Source of the DNA: a virus
Lineage: Duplodnaviria > Caudoviricetes
Strand: one strand, 5' to 3'
IMG/VR virus record: IMGVR_UViG_3300042939_001032
Location: 24,749-88,748 of that record
DNA length: 64,000 nt
Shown: piece by piece, positions 46,251 through 55,188 of the stretch
Layout of the letters: each line of letters opens with the position of its first letter
How positions within the stretch are numbered: position 1 is the first letter of the stretch
Program-made: the position numbers and the translations under genes
Notes under the pieces: generated by a model
Told to the model about the DNA's origin: nothing
Database searches by the model: none
What the model saw: only the letters and a program-made list of their open reading frames with translations

Positions 46251-48101
46251 ATGCCCGGAAGAGACGAACTCATCCAACAGAATACGGCGAGAGTTCGTGC
46301 CAACTCCCAGGCTCCTAAACCCCAGGAGAGGGAAGGCAAAACCTCCTCGAGTATGTTGGGGCCCCGTAGTTACTTAGGCGGGAACTACGACGTATACTCC
46401 AAACTAGACAAAGTGGAGTTCCAGGGGATACTCGGGGACTTCTCGATGAGGGGCAATGTGGCGTACATTCGCCGGTGGAAGCGTCAGGGCAGTGAGCAGC
46501 AGTCCGCCTCCGCGCCATCGTCGGCTGTGGCCGATATACCCGACTCCCAGAAGCAATTAGAGGATGCGCTCGAGGCTGCTCAAGATAACTTTGACGCGGT
46601 GGCTAATAATTTCAATCCTAGAAAGCAAGAATACAACTACAACCCCTACGGCGATGTGGATAATCCCATCGAAGTAGCCGAGGCCAACCTCCAGATCGCA
46701 GAGAATAATCTAAACGCTGAGAAGCAGAGGGCCCTGTCCGCGCAGACACCAACCTCCTCTGCCCCTTCCGCCTCGCCAAACGCCGCACCAGCCCCAACCT
46801 CCACCACCACTGGGCCAAAAGCAACGCCCGTGGGCACTGTCAAGTCCGCCAACCCCAGCGGTTTCGGATTCGCTGTATCCAGAGCGGGCCGAGCGGTCGC
46901 TGGAGTAAGCCCAGAAAAAATAGCCTACTCCGGCGCGGCGATGAATGGTGGTGGTGGTGGAGGAGCGGGAGCAGGCAACGCTTCGGAGAGCGCGATGTGG
47001 CAGTTCCTCTTCAACCCCTCGGAGTTGGAGCTGGATGTCGGCCCGGAGTTCAAGAGCTCCGAGACCTGGGGCGTGAGCGATAAGGGCAATTCCGGCCAAC
47101 CCCTGCACTGGAGCCACAACACCAACGCCCAGCTCAAATTCAACTCCGTACTGCTCAATGGGTACGTTTTTGGCCGCAAGGTGGAGGCGTTGGAGCAGGG
47201 TCTTGTGGAACTGTTTATGGCCAGGGATGGTCAGGGGCAGCATGGCCCCTACATCCTAGAGTTCGTGTGGGGGAAGAGAGTGTTTGGCCCGTGCGTGATC
47301 AAGAACGTAAATATCAAGGAGAAGATGTGGGATGAGGGCGAGGTGGTTAACGCCGAGCTTTCATTCACGCTTGAGCAGGTGCCGGAGTGGACCATCAATG
47401 ACGGCTTTGTGGATGTTGCCAGGCCGGGTCGCCTAGCCGTAGAGGGCGATCCCACAAAAACCTCCACCTCTACCACAACGACCCCAACTACCACAACCGG
47501 ACAGGATAAACCTAACCCAGGAGGTGGTGGGAGTCCCGGCCAAAAACCTTCGCAAAGACAGGATCCCTCAGCCGATGGAAGCGCCTACAGAACCTGTCAA
47601 AAAGCTTTTGAATTGGCGGAGGTTTTTTCCCAGATAGAAATTAGCGGAAATAACGTCCTGTTTCTGCCGGCACAACCTACAATACTTGAAGGGCTATTTA
47701 CAAAGTACGAGGCGGCTTACGCTGCAGGAAATTCTTCTGTTGGTGTTAATTTCATAAATAGAGTACCAGCTCAACAAAAACCAGGGTCGATATGGAAATC
47801 TATTCAAGCTATGGTAGAGGCGGATGCTCCCTACTCGTCGATGGTAAATATAATCAGAAACGCTGCTTTAAAATGTAAAGCTGCAATGCTAAACGTGTAT
47901 AATAAAGATTGCAAAAAGTTACTTGCTGATGGTAAAACCGCTCAAGTAAAAACTCAAAACGCAAACAATAATCAGGCTCTATGCAGAGGTATAATTATTG
48001 GCAAGCCATGCAATATTGGAGCCGGTAATTTTAGTCCGAAGAACCCGTGCTCTGGCAAAGTGCTTAGATGCAATGGTCGTGGAAAGTACGAGGCGATATA
48101 A
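46251..48101 (+). CDS. Tail tube initiator / contractile-tube-like protein with extensions
   Basis: WQFLFNPSEL...EFVWGKRVFGPCVIKNVNIKE...AELSFTLEQV; precedes the tape measure gene. Confidence 0.7.
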   Translation: MPGRDELIQQNTARVRANSQAPKPQEREGKTSSSMLGPRSYLGGNYDVYSKLDKVEFQGILGDFSMRGNVAYIRRWKRQGSEQQSASAPSSAVADIPDSQKQLEDALEAAQDNFDAVANNFNPRKQEYNYNPYGDVDNPIEVAEANLQIAENNLNAEKQRALSAQTPTSSAPSASPNAAPAPTSTTTGPKATPVGTVKSANPSGFGFAVSRAGRAVAGVSPEKIAYSGAAMNGGGGGGAGAGNASESAMWQFLFNPSELELDVGPEFKSSETWGVSDKGNSGQPLHWSHNTNAQLKFNSVLLNGYVFGRKVEALEQGLVELFMARDGQGQHGPYILEFVWGKRVFGPCVIKNVNIKEKMWDEGEVVNAELSFTLEQVPEWTINDGFVDVARPGRLAVEGDPTKTSTSTTTTPTTTTGQDKPNPGGGGSPGQKPSQRQDPSADGSAYRTCQKAFELAEVFSQIEISGNNVLFLPAQPTILEGLFTKYEAAYAAGNSSVGVNFINRVPAQQKPGSIWKSIQAMVEADAPYSSMVNIIRNAALKCKAAMLNVYNKDCKKLLADGKTAQVKTQNANNNQALCRGIIIGKPCNIGAGNFSPKNPCSGKVLRCNGRGKYEAI

Positions 48102-48104
48102 CCC

Positions 48105-50891
48105 ATGGCAGTAACATCCATCGTCCTTGACATTAAGGCCAACACGGACCGGGCCCTTAACGACTTCAAGAGATTCTCCGCCCAACTCGATAACAAGTTC
48201 CTCGTCAGTGGTCTCAAACTCGACGTGGTCCGCAACGCGCTTGGGCAGATCAACCGCGAGTTCCAGAAAGCCATAGGGGAGCAAGGGCTCCAGGCCGGTC
48301 AGTCCCTCCGCGCCGCCCAAAACCAAGCCGCTCTGCTCATAGACACCTTCAAGAGCATCGGCCCCGCGGCCTCTGAGGCCATCGCGAATGACTTCTCGTC
48401 TGCGTTCAGCGAGATCGCGGTGAGGGCTGGGGGCACGGCCAAGGACATCCAGAAAGCGCTCTCCGCCGTCCCGTTCATCTCCACCGACCTCCCGGAGGAT
48501 ATGCGCCAGGCCCTGGGTAGGGGCGTGATGGAGTTCCAGCGGGACTTCTCGCGTGCGGGCCTCGGCGACACCTACGGCAACATTGTTAAGGAGTTCCTGT
48601 CTGGGCAGGTAACAGCGGGCGAGCTGACCAACTCCACCGACGCCCTGAGATCGCGGTTGGGAGCGGAATTCACCAGGCTTGGCGGTGGCCCAAACCTGCT
48701 AACGGACGCACAGCGGAGATCGCAGGTGGTGGCCGACTTCCAGAACTCCAAGGAGCTCAGGGATACGCTCGATAAGATGGTGGACAGGGCCAACTACGGC
48801 CAGTTCATCATACAGGATCTCAATACCAGGCTATTCAATCCTGAGAAGGGTGTGTTCGGCACTCTCCGCCAGATAACGATGTCCGTCAAGGACAAGACCA
48901 CCATCTTTATGGAGACGAGGAGCCTCATAGACTCCGTATTCGGCAAGCAGGGGCTCTTTGTCAACTTCTTCCAGCAGATAGGTAAGATCTTCGGCATCGA
49001 GGATCCGCTGAGGATCGTCATAATCGGCATCAGGTTCATCACTAAGCAGTTCGAAGCTCTCAATAAATTCGTCCAGAGCCCCGAATTCCAGCAGGTGATC
49101 GGCTTCGCGAGGGATACGTTCACGCGCATCAAGGACTTCTTTACGTCTCTGTCCGCCGAGGTGTCCAAAGGCACGTTCGATAAGCAGTCCGTCATCGGCG
49201 GTATAAGGAAGATTGGGGAGAGCGTGCGCTCTTACATCGGGAAGATAGGGGATGCCATAGGATCCACGGACATATCAAACGAGACCGAGGCGGGCTCAAG
49301 TATCGTTGGCACGATTGTCGAGGAGATGGGTAAGACCCTAGTCGCTCTGGTGAGGGACGTGGGCGGCGCTCTGCTGCTCAAAGCTCCGCAGATAGGCCTG
49401 AGTCTCACCGGGGAATTGATAAAAGCGGTGGGTGGGGTGCTCAAGGAGGCCTTCTCCGACCCTCTTACGGGGACATTGGCCGGAGGACTTCTCGCCTACG
49501 GGGGCGTGAGGGCCACCACCGGGGCCCTGAGGGCCGTAGGTGGGGTGAGGGACGTACTAGCTTCTAGGGGTGATGATAGAGGTGGTCTTCGCGGAAGGCT
49601 AAATAGAGCTCTGGGTAGTCCTTTCGGAAGAGGACCGCGTATACTGGAGGGTAGAGAGGCCGCCGGCAGTACTCAGTCCTTCTACGCGCGAGTTCTTGGG
49701 TACCTTGAGCGAATCGCAAACTGCGTATGTGGAGGGGGAGGTGGCGTTGATATAGACGGGGATACCCGTCAGTCCCGTAGGGAGAGGGTGAGAAGAGGTA
49801 AAGGTCCCCGTGGTCCCTCGATGCGTCCTCCTGCTTCGCTCCCTCCGCTGGATGACAGTACCGATCTCCTCGCGGACGGACTCGATGAGCTGGACGGACC
49901 GGACGAAAGACGTTACCGTAGCGAGAGAGATTGGAATAGAGAGAGAGATAGAAGATATAGGAAGAAATACGGTCAAGGGGCGATCGCTAGAAGAAATATA
50001 GGCAATCTTGTGGGCAGAATCCCCAGAATTGGCAAGCTTGGTCTTGGTCTTCTTGCACTGGGCGGAGTGGGTGCCATGATAAATGCAGGCGGCGTCAAGG
50101 CTTCAGAAAGGAAAGAATTCGACCCGGCCACTGGCGAATTCATCACCCAAGAAGTTCCTCAGCCTCAGCCTCAGCCCGGCGCTGGCGAAGCGTGGGGTAA
50201 AGTCGGTATGGGAGCCGCGGAGGGCGCGCTGACCGGGGCGATGTTTGGGCCCTGGGGCGCTGCGATAGGTGGAGTGATTGGCGGAGGAGTTGCCCTACTC
50301 GATAAGGGCGTAAGGGATGCCATCGGCAAGTCCATAGTCAACTTTGGGGCGGGGATAGGCAATAGCGCGAGGAAGTTGTGGGAAGGGCTCGTTGGCAATG
50401 TAATGAAAGCCTTCGACGGGATAAAGAACTTTACTAAAGGCATAGACTGGAAGAACATTCTCTTAGATACCTTCCTGCCCGGCCGTGGACTGATAAGAAC
50501 CGCGGCTCAAGCAGCAGGGTTGAGTAGGGAGAGTGGTGAGGGGGGTCCTCTTTCAGGATTAAAGAATTGGCTCGCAGAAGCGCTAGGTATAGGTGGTAGG
50601 GAACTGGGAGGCCAGGTGATAAAAGGAACCTCGTATATTGTCGGGGAGAGAGGCCCAGAAATCTTCACTCCGGGCCGAACAGGAACCATCATGTCAAACA
50701 GGGAGCTGACGGCTCTCAACTCGAGAGGGTACGCCGGCTCCACGGTCTCCGCGAACTTCAACATCTCCATCAATGTCACCGGCGCCATGACCCCGGAGAA
50801 CACGGAGGCGCTCAGAGGACCGATCCTCCGTGTAATCGAGGAGGCCTGGGCCTCAGCCACGCAGGGTTCCGTATCTAGAGGAGTAGTATGA
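48105..50891 (+). CDS. Tape measure protein
   Basis: Long helical protein; GAMFGPWGAAIGGVIGG; RELGGQV..YIVGERGPEIFTP. Confidence 0.85.
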   Translation: MAVTSIVLDIKANTDRALNDFKRFSAQLDNKFLVSGLKLDVVRNALGQINREFQKAIGEQGLQAGQSLRAAQNQAALLIDTFKSIGPAASEAIANDFSSAFSEIAVRAGGTAKDIQKALSAVPFISTDLPEDMRQALGRGVMEFQRDFSRAGLGDTYGNIVKEFLSGQVTAGELTNSTDALRSRLGAEFTRLGGGPNLLTDAQRRSQVVADFQNSKELRDTLDKMVDRANYGQFIIQDLNTRLFNPEKGVFGTLRQITMSVKDKTTIFMETRSLIDSVFGKQGLFVNFFQQIGKIFGIEDPLRIVIIGIRFITKQFEALNKFVQSPEFQQVIGFARDTFTRIKDFFTSLSAEVSKGTFDKQSVIGGIRKIGESVRSYIGKIGDAIGSTDISNETEAGSSIVGTIVEEMGKTLVALVRDVGGALLLKAPQIGLSLTGELIKAVGGVLKEAFSDPLTGTLAGGLLAYGGVRATTGALRAVGGVRDVLASRGDDRGGLRGRLNRALGSPFGRGPRILEGREAAGSTQSFYARVLGYLERIANCVCGGGGGVDIDGDTRQSRRERVRRGKGPRGPSMRPPASLPPLDDSTDLLADGLDELDGPDERRYRSERDWNRERDRRYRKKYGQGAIARRNIGNLVGRIPRIGKLGLGLLALGGVGAMINAGGVKASERKEFDPATGEFITQEVPQPQPQPGAGEAWGKVGMGAAEGALTGAMFGPWGAAIGGVIGGGVALLDKGVRDAIGKSIVNFGAGIGNSARKLWEGLVGNVMKAFDGIKNFTKGIDWKNILLDTFLPGRGLIRTAAQAAGLSRESGEGGPLSGLKNWLAEALGIGGRELGGQVIKGTSYIVGERGPEIFTPGRTGTIMSNRELTALNSRGYAGSTVSANFNISINVTGAMTPENTEALRGPILRVIEEAWASATQGSVSRGVV

Positions 50892-51418
50892 TGTCCGAGC
50901 AATTCCAGCAGATCGCCTCACGCGTCGACTCTGAGGAACTTACTAAGATCAAGAATACGCTGGCGCTCCGCGACCGCGCCAACGCCGACCGCTACGAGCT
51001 AACACAGAGGGAGCGCAGGAACCCCGGGGTCCTATTCGGCGACTACTCCTCTCCGTCATCGGTTACCGAGAGCACTCTACAGGGCCTCAAGTACCCCTTA
51101 GAACTGGATGGTAAGGGCGGGTTCAAGCTCTCCGCGAACTACGACAGGGTGGGAGAGCAGATACTCGAGGTGCTTAGCACCCGCATCGGGGAGAGGGCCT
51201 ACCGACCCTTCTTCGGCCTCCAGGAGATGATGTTCGAGACGATCGACGAGTACACGCTCGCCCAGAGCATACGCTCCAAACTACTCGCCTTCATCCCGCT
51301 TGTGTCGGAGTTGGATGTTAACGTATCCCTCGATGAGAACGGCACCGCTGGTATAGTAGTGCTCTACTCAGTTGAAGGTAGTGAACAGGCGCAGGTGCGC
51401 TACTCCTTCTCACTATAA
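50888..51418 (+). CDS. Baseplate wedge gp25/GpW-like protein
   Basis: GLKYPL..ILEVLSTRIGERAYRPFFG. Confidence 0.85.
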   Translation: MMSEQFQQIASRVDSEELTKIKNTLALRDRANADRYELTQRERRNPGVLFGDYSSPSSVTESTLQGLKYPLELDGKGGFKLSANYDRVGEQILEVLSTRIGERAYRPFFGLQEMMFETIDEYTLAQSIRSKLLAFIPLVSELDVNVSLDENGTAGIVVLYSVEGSEQAQVRYSFSL

Positions 51419-51430
51419 GAGACTCTTCCG

Positions 51431-51862
51431 ATGACCCGAACAAAGATACACAAGAACTTCGCGGAATTCGGGGCCGATGCTCAGCAGATGATCATAGACC
51501 AACTGCAGAACATCGACCTGGAGAAGATCGGCCCTAAGTCCATAGCGCATATCGGGAAGACACTCATCTCCCTCGTCAAATCATCCAACCAACTCCAGGA
51601 GGAAGTGGAGGGGGAGGAGGTCAGGGACAACTGGATCACCATTAGAGAGCTATCGCACATCATCCTCGTCGAGATCCTAGACAAATTCGACGTCCTCAGT
51701 TCCCAGGGGCAGATCCCGGAGTGGGAGAGGGCGAACGTGCTGAGCCTTCTCCAGGAGATAACCAAAGTCTGCCACTCGGAGGAGAAGAGAGACGCTCTCG
51801 CCGAGATCAATAGTGGAAAGATTATCGAGGACAAGATCCTCGACGAGATGCTAGGTATCTAG
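51431..51862 (+). CDS. Hypothetical helical protein
   Basis: ORF within the late operon. Confidence 0.6.
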   Translation: MTRTKIHKNFAEFGADAQQMIIDQLQNIDLEKIGPKSIAHIGKTLISLVKSSNQLQEEVEGEEVRDNWITIRELSHIILVEILDKFDVLSSQGQIPEWERANVLSLLQEITKVCHSEEKRDALAEINSGKIIEDKILDEMLGI

Positions 51863-51864
51863 GT

Positions 51865-52035
51865 ATGATGAATATGGACCAAGCCCGCGCCGGTGGCGAG
51901 GGGCTCGTAGGCGTTAAGAAGAAACCCAAGGGCAAGGATAAGAACCTGGAGATGGACGAATCCTCACCCATATTCCAGGGAGAGGAGAAACCGCTGCGGC
52001 TCTCCGTGCCCGAGGGTTGGTCAGTCAAGGAGTAG
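51865..52035 (+). CDS. 56-aa protein with C-terminal SVPEGW tag; not in ORF track
   Basis: MMNMDQARAGGEGLVGVKKKPKGKDKNLEMDESSPIFQGEEKPLRLSVPEGWSVKE. Confidence 0.7.
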   Translation: MMNMDQARAGGEGLVGVKKKPKGKDKNLEMDESSPIFQGEEKPLRLSVPEGWSVKE

Positions 52036-52039
52036 GGAG

Positions 52040-52234
52040 ATGCCACGAGAGTGGAACACCCCGGATAGGGAGTGCTGGAACACCCCGATACACAACATTC
52101 TCAAGGCCATAGACAATCACACGTCACTGTACTTCAAGACCGGTGACACCTGGCACCTCGAGCAGGCTCAGTTGCTCCGCGAGTACGTCGCGGGGCTGAA
52201 GACCTGGATACACAAGCAGGAGCGAGGAGTTTAA
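52040..52234 (+). CDS. Small hypothetical protein
   Basis: SD upstream; MPREWNTPDRECWNTPIHNILKAIDNH. Confidence 0.7.
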   Translation: MPREWNTPDRECWNTPIHNILKAIDNHTSLYFKTGDTWHLEQAQLLREYVAGLKTWIHKQERGV

Positions 52235-52263
52235 AGTCTCAATAGCACCGATCTTTACCACCC

Positions 52264-52554
52264 ATGCCACTCAGAGAGGGCTCGTCCGACAAGGTTATCA
52301 GCGACAATATCAGCTGCATCCTCAACAAGGACGGGTGCGGGTACGACCCGCCGTACAAAGATCCCGCTCGTAAGGAGTACACACCGGCCCAGGCCGCCGC
52401 TATAGCCTACGCTAAGGCGGGCAAACGCAAGGCCAAAGCCGAGACCCTGAAGGGCAACAAACAGACAAAGTCCAAGGAAACCTCCAACAACTCCGAGATG
52501 GAGTCGTTCTCGGTGCCCGAGGGTTGGAGAGTCGCCGGCAAACCCGTAGAGTAA
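52264..52554 (+). CDS. Small protein with C-terminal SVPEGW tag
   Basis: [39 protein letters not shown]; GTTTAAAG at 52229-52236. Confidence 0.75.
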   Translation: MPLREGSSDKVISDNISCILNKDGCGYDPPYKDPARKEYTPAQAAAIAYAKAGKRKAKAETLKGNKQTKSKETSNNSEMESFSVPEGWRVAGKPVE

Positions 52555-52558
52555 CACC

Positions 52559-53185
52559 ATGCCACTGAAATCAGGATCGAGTCAGGATACCGTCTCTGAG
52601 AACATCAAAACTGAGATGAAGGCGGGCAAGCCGCAGAAGCAGGCCATCGCCATCGCCCTTGACAAAGCCGGGAAGTCCAAGGACTCCTCGGATAACGCCG
52701 AGCCCGAGGAAGGGCAGATGGCGCAGGGGGACATCCGGTCCATCGTGGCAATGGCCAAGAAGATCGACGGTATGGTGTCAGAGATGACCGACCTGCCCGA
52801 GTGGGTCCAGGCCAAAATCACCAAGGCCCAGGACTACCTGACGGCCGTGACCCAGCACCTCTCCCACCCCGGCGAGGACGAGAAGGCGGAGGATATGAGC
52901 GAGGGCAAGGACCACGACAAGGACGGGGATGTGGACTCGGAGGACTGGAAGATGGCCAGAGACAAAGCCATCAAGGGCGCTACCACCGAGGCCGGTGAGG
53001 ACTCCGACCCCTGCTGGAAGGACTACGAGATGGTGGGGATGAAGAAGGGCAAAGGTGGCGGCAAGGTTCCCAACTGCGTGCCTAAATCCTCGGATAGCGG
53101 TGAGTGCGACTGCGACGAGTCCTCCTACTCCGAGATCTCGGTGCCCGCGGGTTGGAGTGTAAGCGAAGGTGTCTACCGCGATTAG
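52559..53185 (+). CDS. Multi-module charged protein with C-terminal SVPAGW tag
   Basis: Modules [47 protein letters not shown]. Confidence 0.75.
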   Translation: MPLKSGSSQDTVSENIKTEMKAGKPQKQAIAIALDKAGKSKDSSDNAEPEEGQMAQGDIRSIVAMAKKIDGMVSEMTDLPEWVQAKITKAQDYLTAVTQHLSHPGEDEKAEDMSEGKDHDKDGDVDSEDWKMARDKAIKGATTEAGEDSDPCWKDYEMVGMKKGKGGGKVPNCVPKSSDSGECDCDESSYSEISVPAGWSVSEGVYRD

Positions 53186-54158
53186 TGTGCCCGAGGGCTG
53201 GGGAGTTAAACCCCCGGAGTTCTCGGTGAAGCTTAAGGACGGGAAGCCGGAGGGGGCGACTAGCTGGTTCGATGTGAGTGGCCGGCCGGTGGTGAAGGTT
53301 GGTAACACCTGGAAACTGCAGAGGCAGAAGCCCGCTCCGCCGAAAAAACTCAGTCCAGAGGAGGTAGCTAAGAGAGGCGGGCGTGACGCGCAACCGCGTC
53401 AGCCCAAAACCAGCTCTGGTGGGGATACTAAGCTCACTCCTCAGGAGGCGGAGCACTACAGTAAGTTCCTAGAACCGGTAAGGGAGAAGCTCAAGGAGGG
53501 CAGTCGAGCCTCCTTCTATCCCGACCCGGAGCAGAGTAGGCAGGACATGGAGAATAGGAAGCGTAGGTACGCTCCGTACGTCGCGCTGTCAGAGGACCAA
53601 CTCTCGTCGGTCGGTGCCTACACCACTCAGTGGGACACGAACATGAACTCGCTTCTCAGAACGGGGAAGATAGAGAAATCAGCTGGCCAGCAACTCGGCA
53701 GCAAGCTGACGCCCTCGGAGACCCAAGTACGAAAGGCGATTAGCGACCTGACAAGCGCGCTCGAGTCCCTCCCAAACGCCCCTGCGGGGGTCTTTCACAG
53801 AGCCGTGAGTGGGTCTCTCTGGAAGGAGGACGGGCTCGGTCGCGATGCCAGCCCCTTCATGAAACAACTCCAGTCACTGGAGCCGGGTGACACTATCGAC
53901 GACCCTGGCTTCTCGAGTTTTACCAGCGGCGGCGCGCCGGTGATAGATCGGTTTCTGAAAGGCGATCCCGACTCCGACCAGAACGTAGTCTTCGAGGTGG
54001 AGAGCGATAAGATGAAGAACATCTCTCCTATCAGCGGTTACGAGCAGGAGAAGGAGCACATGCTCCCTCCCGGTGCCAAGTTCCGTGTCGTGGGGAAGAG
54101 TGAGGGGTTAAGTAGAAACGCTGGTAAGCACACCATAATAAAACTACAGCAGATCTGA
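53169..54158 (+). CDS. ADP-ribosyltransferase (VIP2/Alt-like, R-S-E class) with N-terminal SVPEGW tag
   Basis: [36 protein letters not shown]. Confidence 0.88.
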   Translation: MSTAISVPEGWGVKPPEFSVKLKDGKPEGATSWFDVSGRPVVKVGNTWKLQRQKPAPPKKLSPEEVAKRGGRDAQPRQPKTSSGGDTKLTPQEAEHYSKFLEPVREKLKEGSRASFYPDPEQSRQDMENRKRRYAPYVALSEDQLSSVGAYTTQWDTNMNSLLRTGKIEKSAGQQLGSKLTPSETQVRKAISDLTSALESLPNAPAGVFHRAVSGSLWKEDGLGRDASPFMKQLQSLEPGDTIDDPGFSSFTSGGAPVIDRFLKGDPDSDQNVVFEVESDKMKNISPISGYEQEKEHMLPPGAKFRVVGKSEGLSRNAGKHTIIKLQQI

Positions 54159-54170
54159 TAGAATAGACTT

Positions 54171-54731
54171 ATGGACAACAAAGAAAAAGAGCAGTCCTCG
54201 CTAGGACGCAGAATGTCCGACATCGGCGGACTGAAGATCACCAAAGCAAAAGCGAGTTCGATGTCCGAACCAAAAGTCCCCGAAGGTTGGTCATTGGCCA
54301 GCTCCCATGGCGAGACTGTAGGCCCCAAGATCACCAAGGAATCCCACCTTCGCGGCGACCAGGACAAATCGGATATGCTCGACGCGGAGATGGATCCCGA
54401 CGACAACGCGGACATGTCCGATAACGAGTACGAGTACTGGCGCACCCTGGCCACGGGCGACCCGGTCACTCAGGGCGAGATCAAGTACGCCGACGATGGT
54501 AAGAAGTACACTCACACCTACAAGGACCGCAAGACGGGCAACACTCGCAAAGTTCGCTATGGAGCCAAGGGCTATAAAATTGCTCCAGGTACCCCCAGAG
54601 GCGACTCCTACTGCGCCCGGAGCGAAGGCGATATGAAGTCGGAGGGCATGGACTGCTCCGGGCCTGACCGCAACACTCCGATGTGCCTGTCGCGGAAGAA
54701 GTGGAGATGCCGCGGAGCAAAATCCGTATAG
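54171..54731 (+). CDS. Protein with internal KVPEGW tag and basic Cys-containing C-terminal domain
   Basis: SEPKVPEGWSL..HGE; KYAD then KVRYGAKG..SYCARS..SRKKWRC. Confidence 0.75.
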   Translation: MDNKEKEQSSLGRRMSDIGGLKITKAKASSMSEPKVPEGWSLASSHGETVGPKITKESHLRGDQDKSDMLDAEMDPDDNADMSDNEYEYWRTLATGDPVTQGEIKYADDGKKYTHTYKDRKTGNTRKVRYGAKGYKIAPGTPRGDSYCARSEGDMKSEGMDCSGPDRNTPMCLSRKKWRCRGAKSV

Positions 54732-54740
54732 CCGGAGGGG

Positions 54741-54769
54741 TTGACAGATTCGATCCCATGGTTTAAAGT
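54741..54769 (+). promoter_or_regulatory. Composite promoter: TTGACA-17-TAAAGT overlapping GTTTAAAG
   Basis: Both elements visible upstream of the lysis genes. Confidence 0.6.
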
Positions 54770-54804
54770 AGAAGTAGTAACGCTCACCGAGCGGGAGTTG
54801 CCCC

Positions 54805-55188
54805 ATGACCACAGTCTTCCTGTACGTGTTCGTATTCTCCACATGGGGGCTCGGCATAATCTCCTGGCTCGCTCTTCTGGGAGGTTCGCTGACGAAGTGG
54901 GAGCTCGAGCGCCAGGAGAAAGTACTGGATCTGGAGCAGAAGAAGCTCATGTTCGGGCGATTCAACTCGCTGACCAGCGGTAAGTTCCCCCCGAGCAAGA
55001 ACCAGGAGGCCAAAGATCAGCCCCTCGCGGAACTTGGCAAGGACATGATCCCGGAGAAGATCCGCGAACTGATGAAGTCCTCGCCCATGCACCCCGAGGT
55101 GGAGGAGATTGACAGCACCGACGAGATCCTCGGTGTGAGGTTCGAGGCCGAGAACTACCCACCCGGGTTCGGAGACGACGAGGAATGA
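54805..55188 (+). CDS. Membrane protein upstream of endolysin (possible holin/lysis accessory)
   Basis: N-terminal hydrophobic helix; ATGA overlap with the endolysin. Confidence 0.5.
   Translation: MTTVFLYVFVFSTWGLGIISWLALLGGSLTKWELERQEKVLDLEQKKLMFGRFNSLTSGKFPPSKNQEAKDQPLAELGKDMIPEKIRELMKSSPMHPEVEEIDSTDEILGVRFEAENYPPGFGDDEE

Noticed and set aside
51990-54300. GTGCCCGAGGGTTGG repeats as a CRISPR array or DNA repeat element
   Set aside because: Spacing is irregular, all copies are in frame within ORFs, variation is synonymous and no cas genes are present. A peptide motif explains them.
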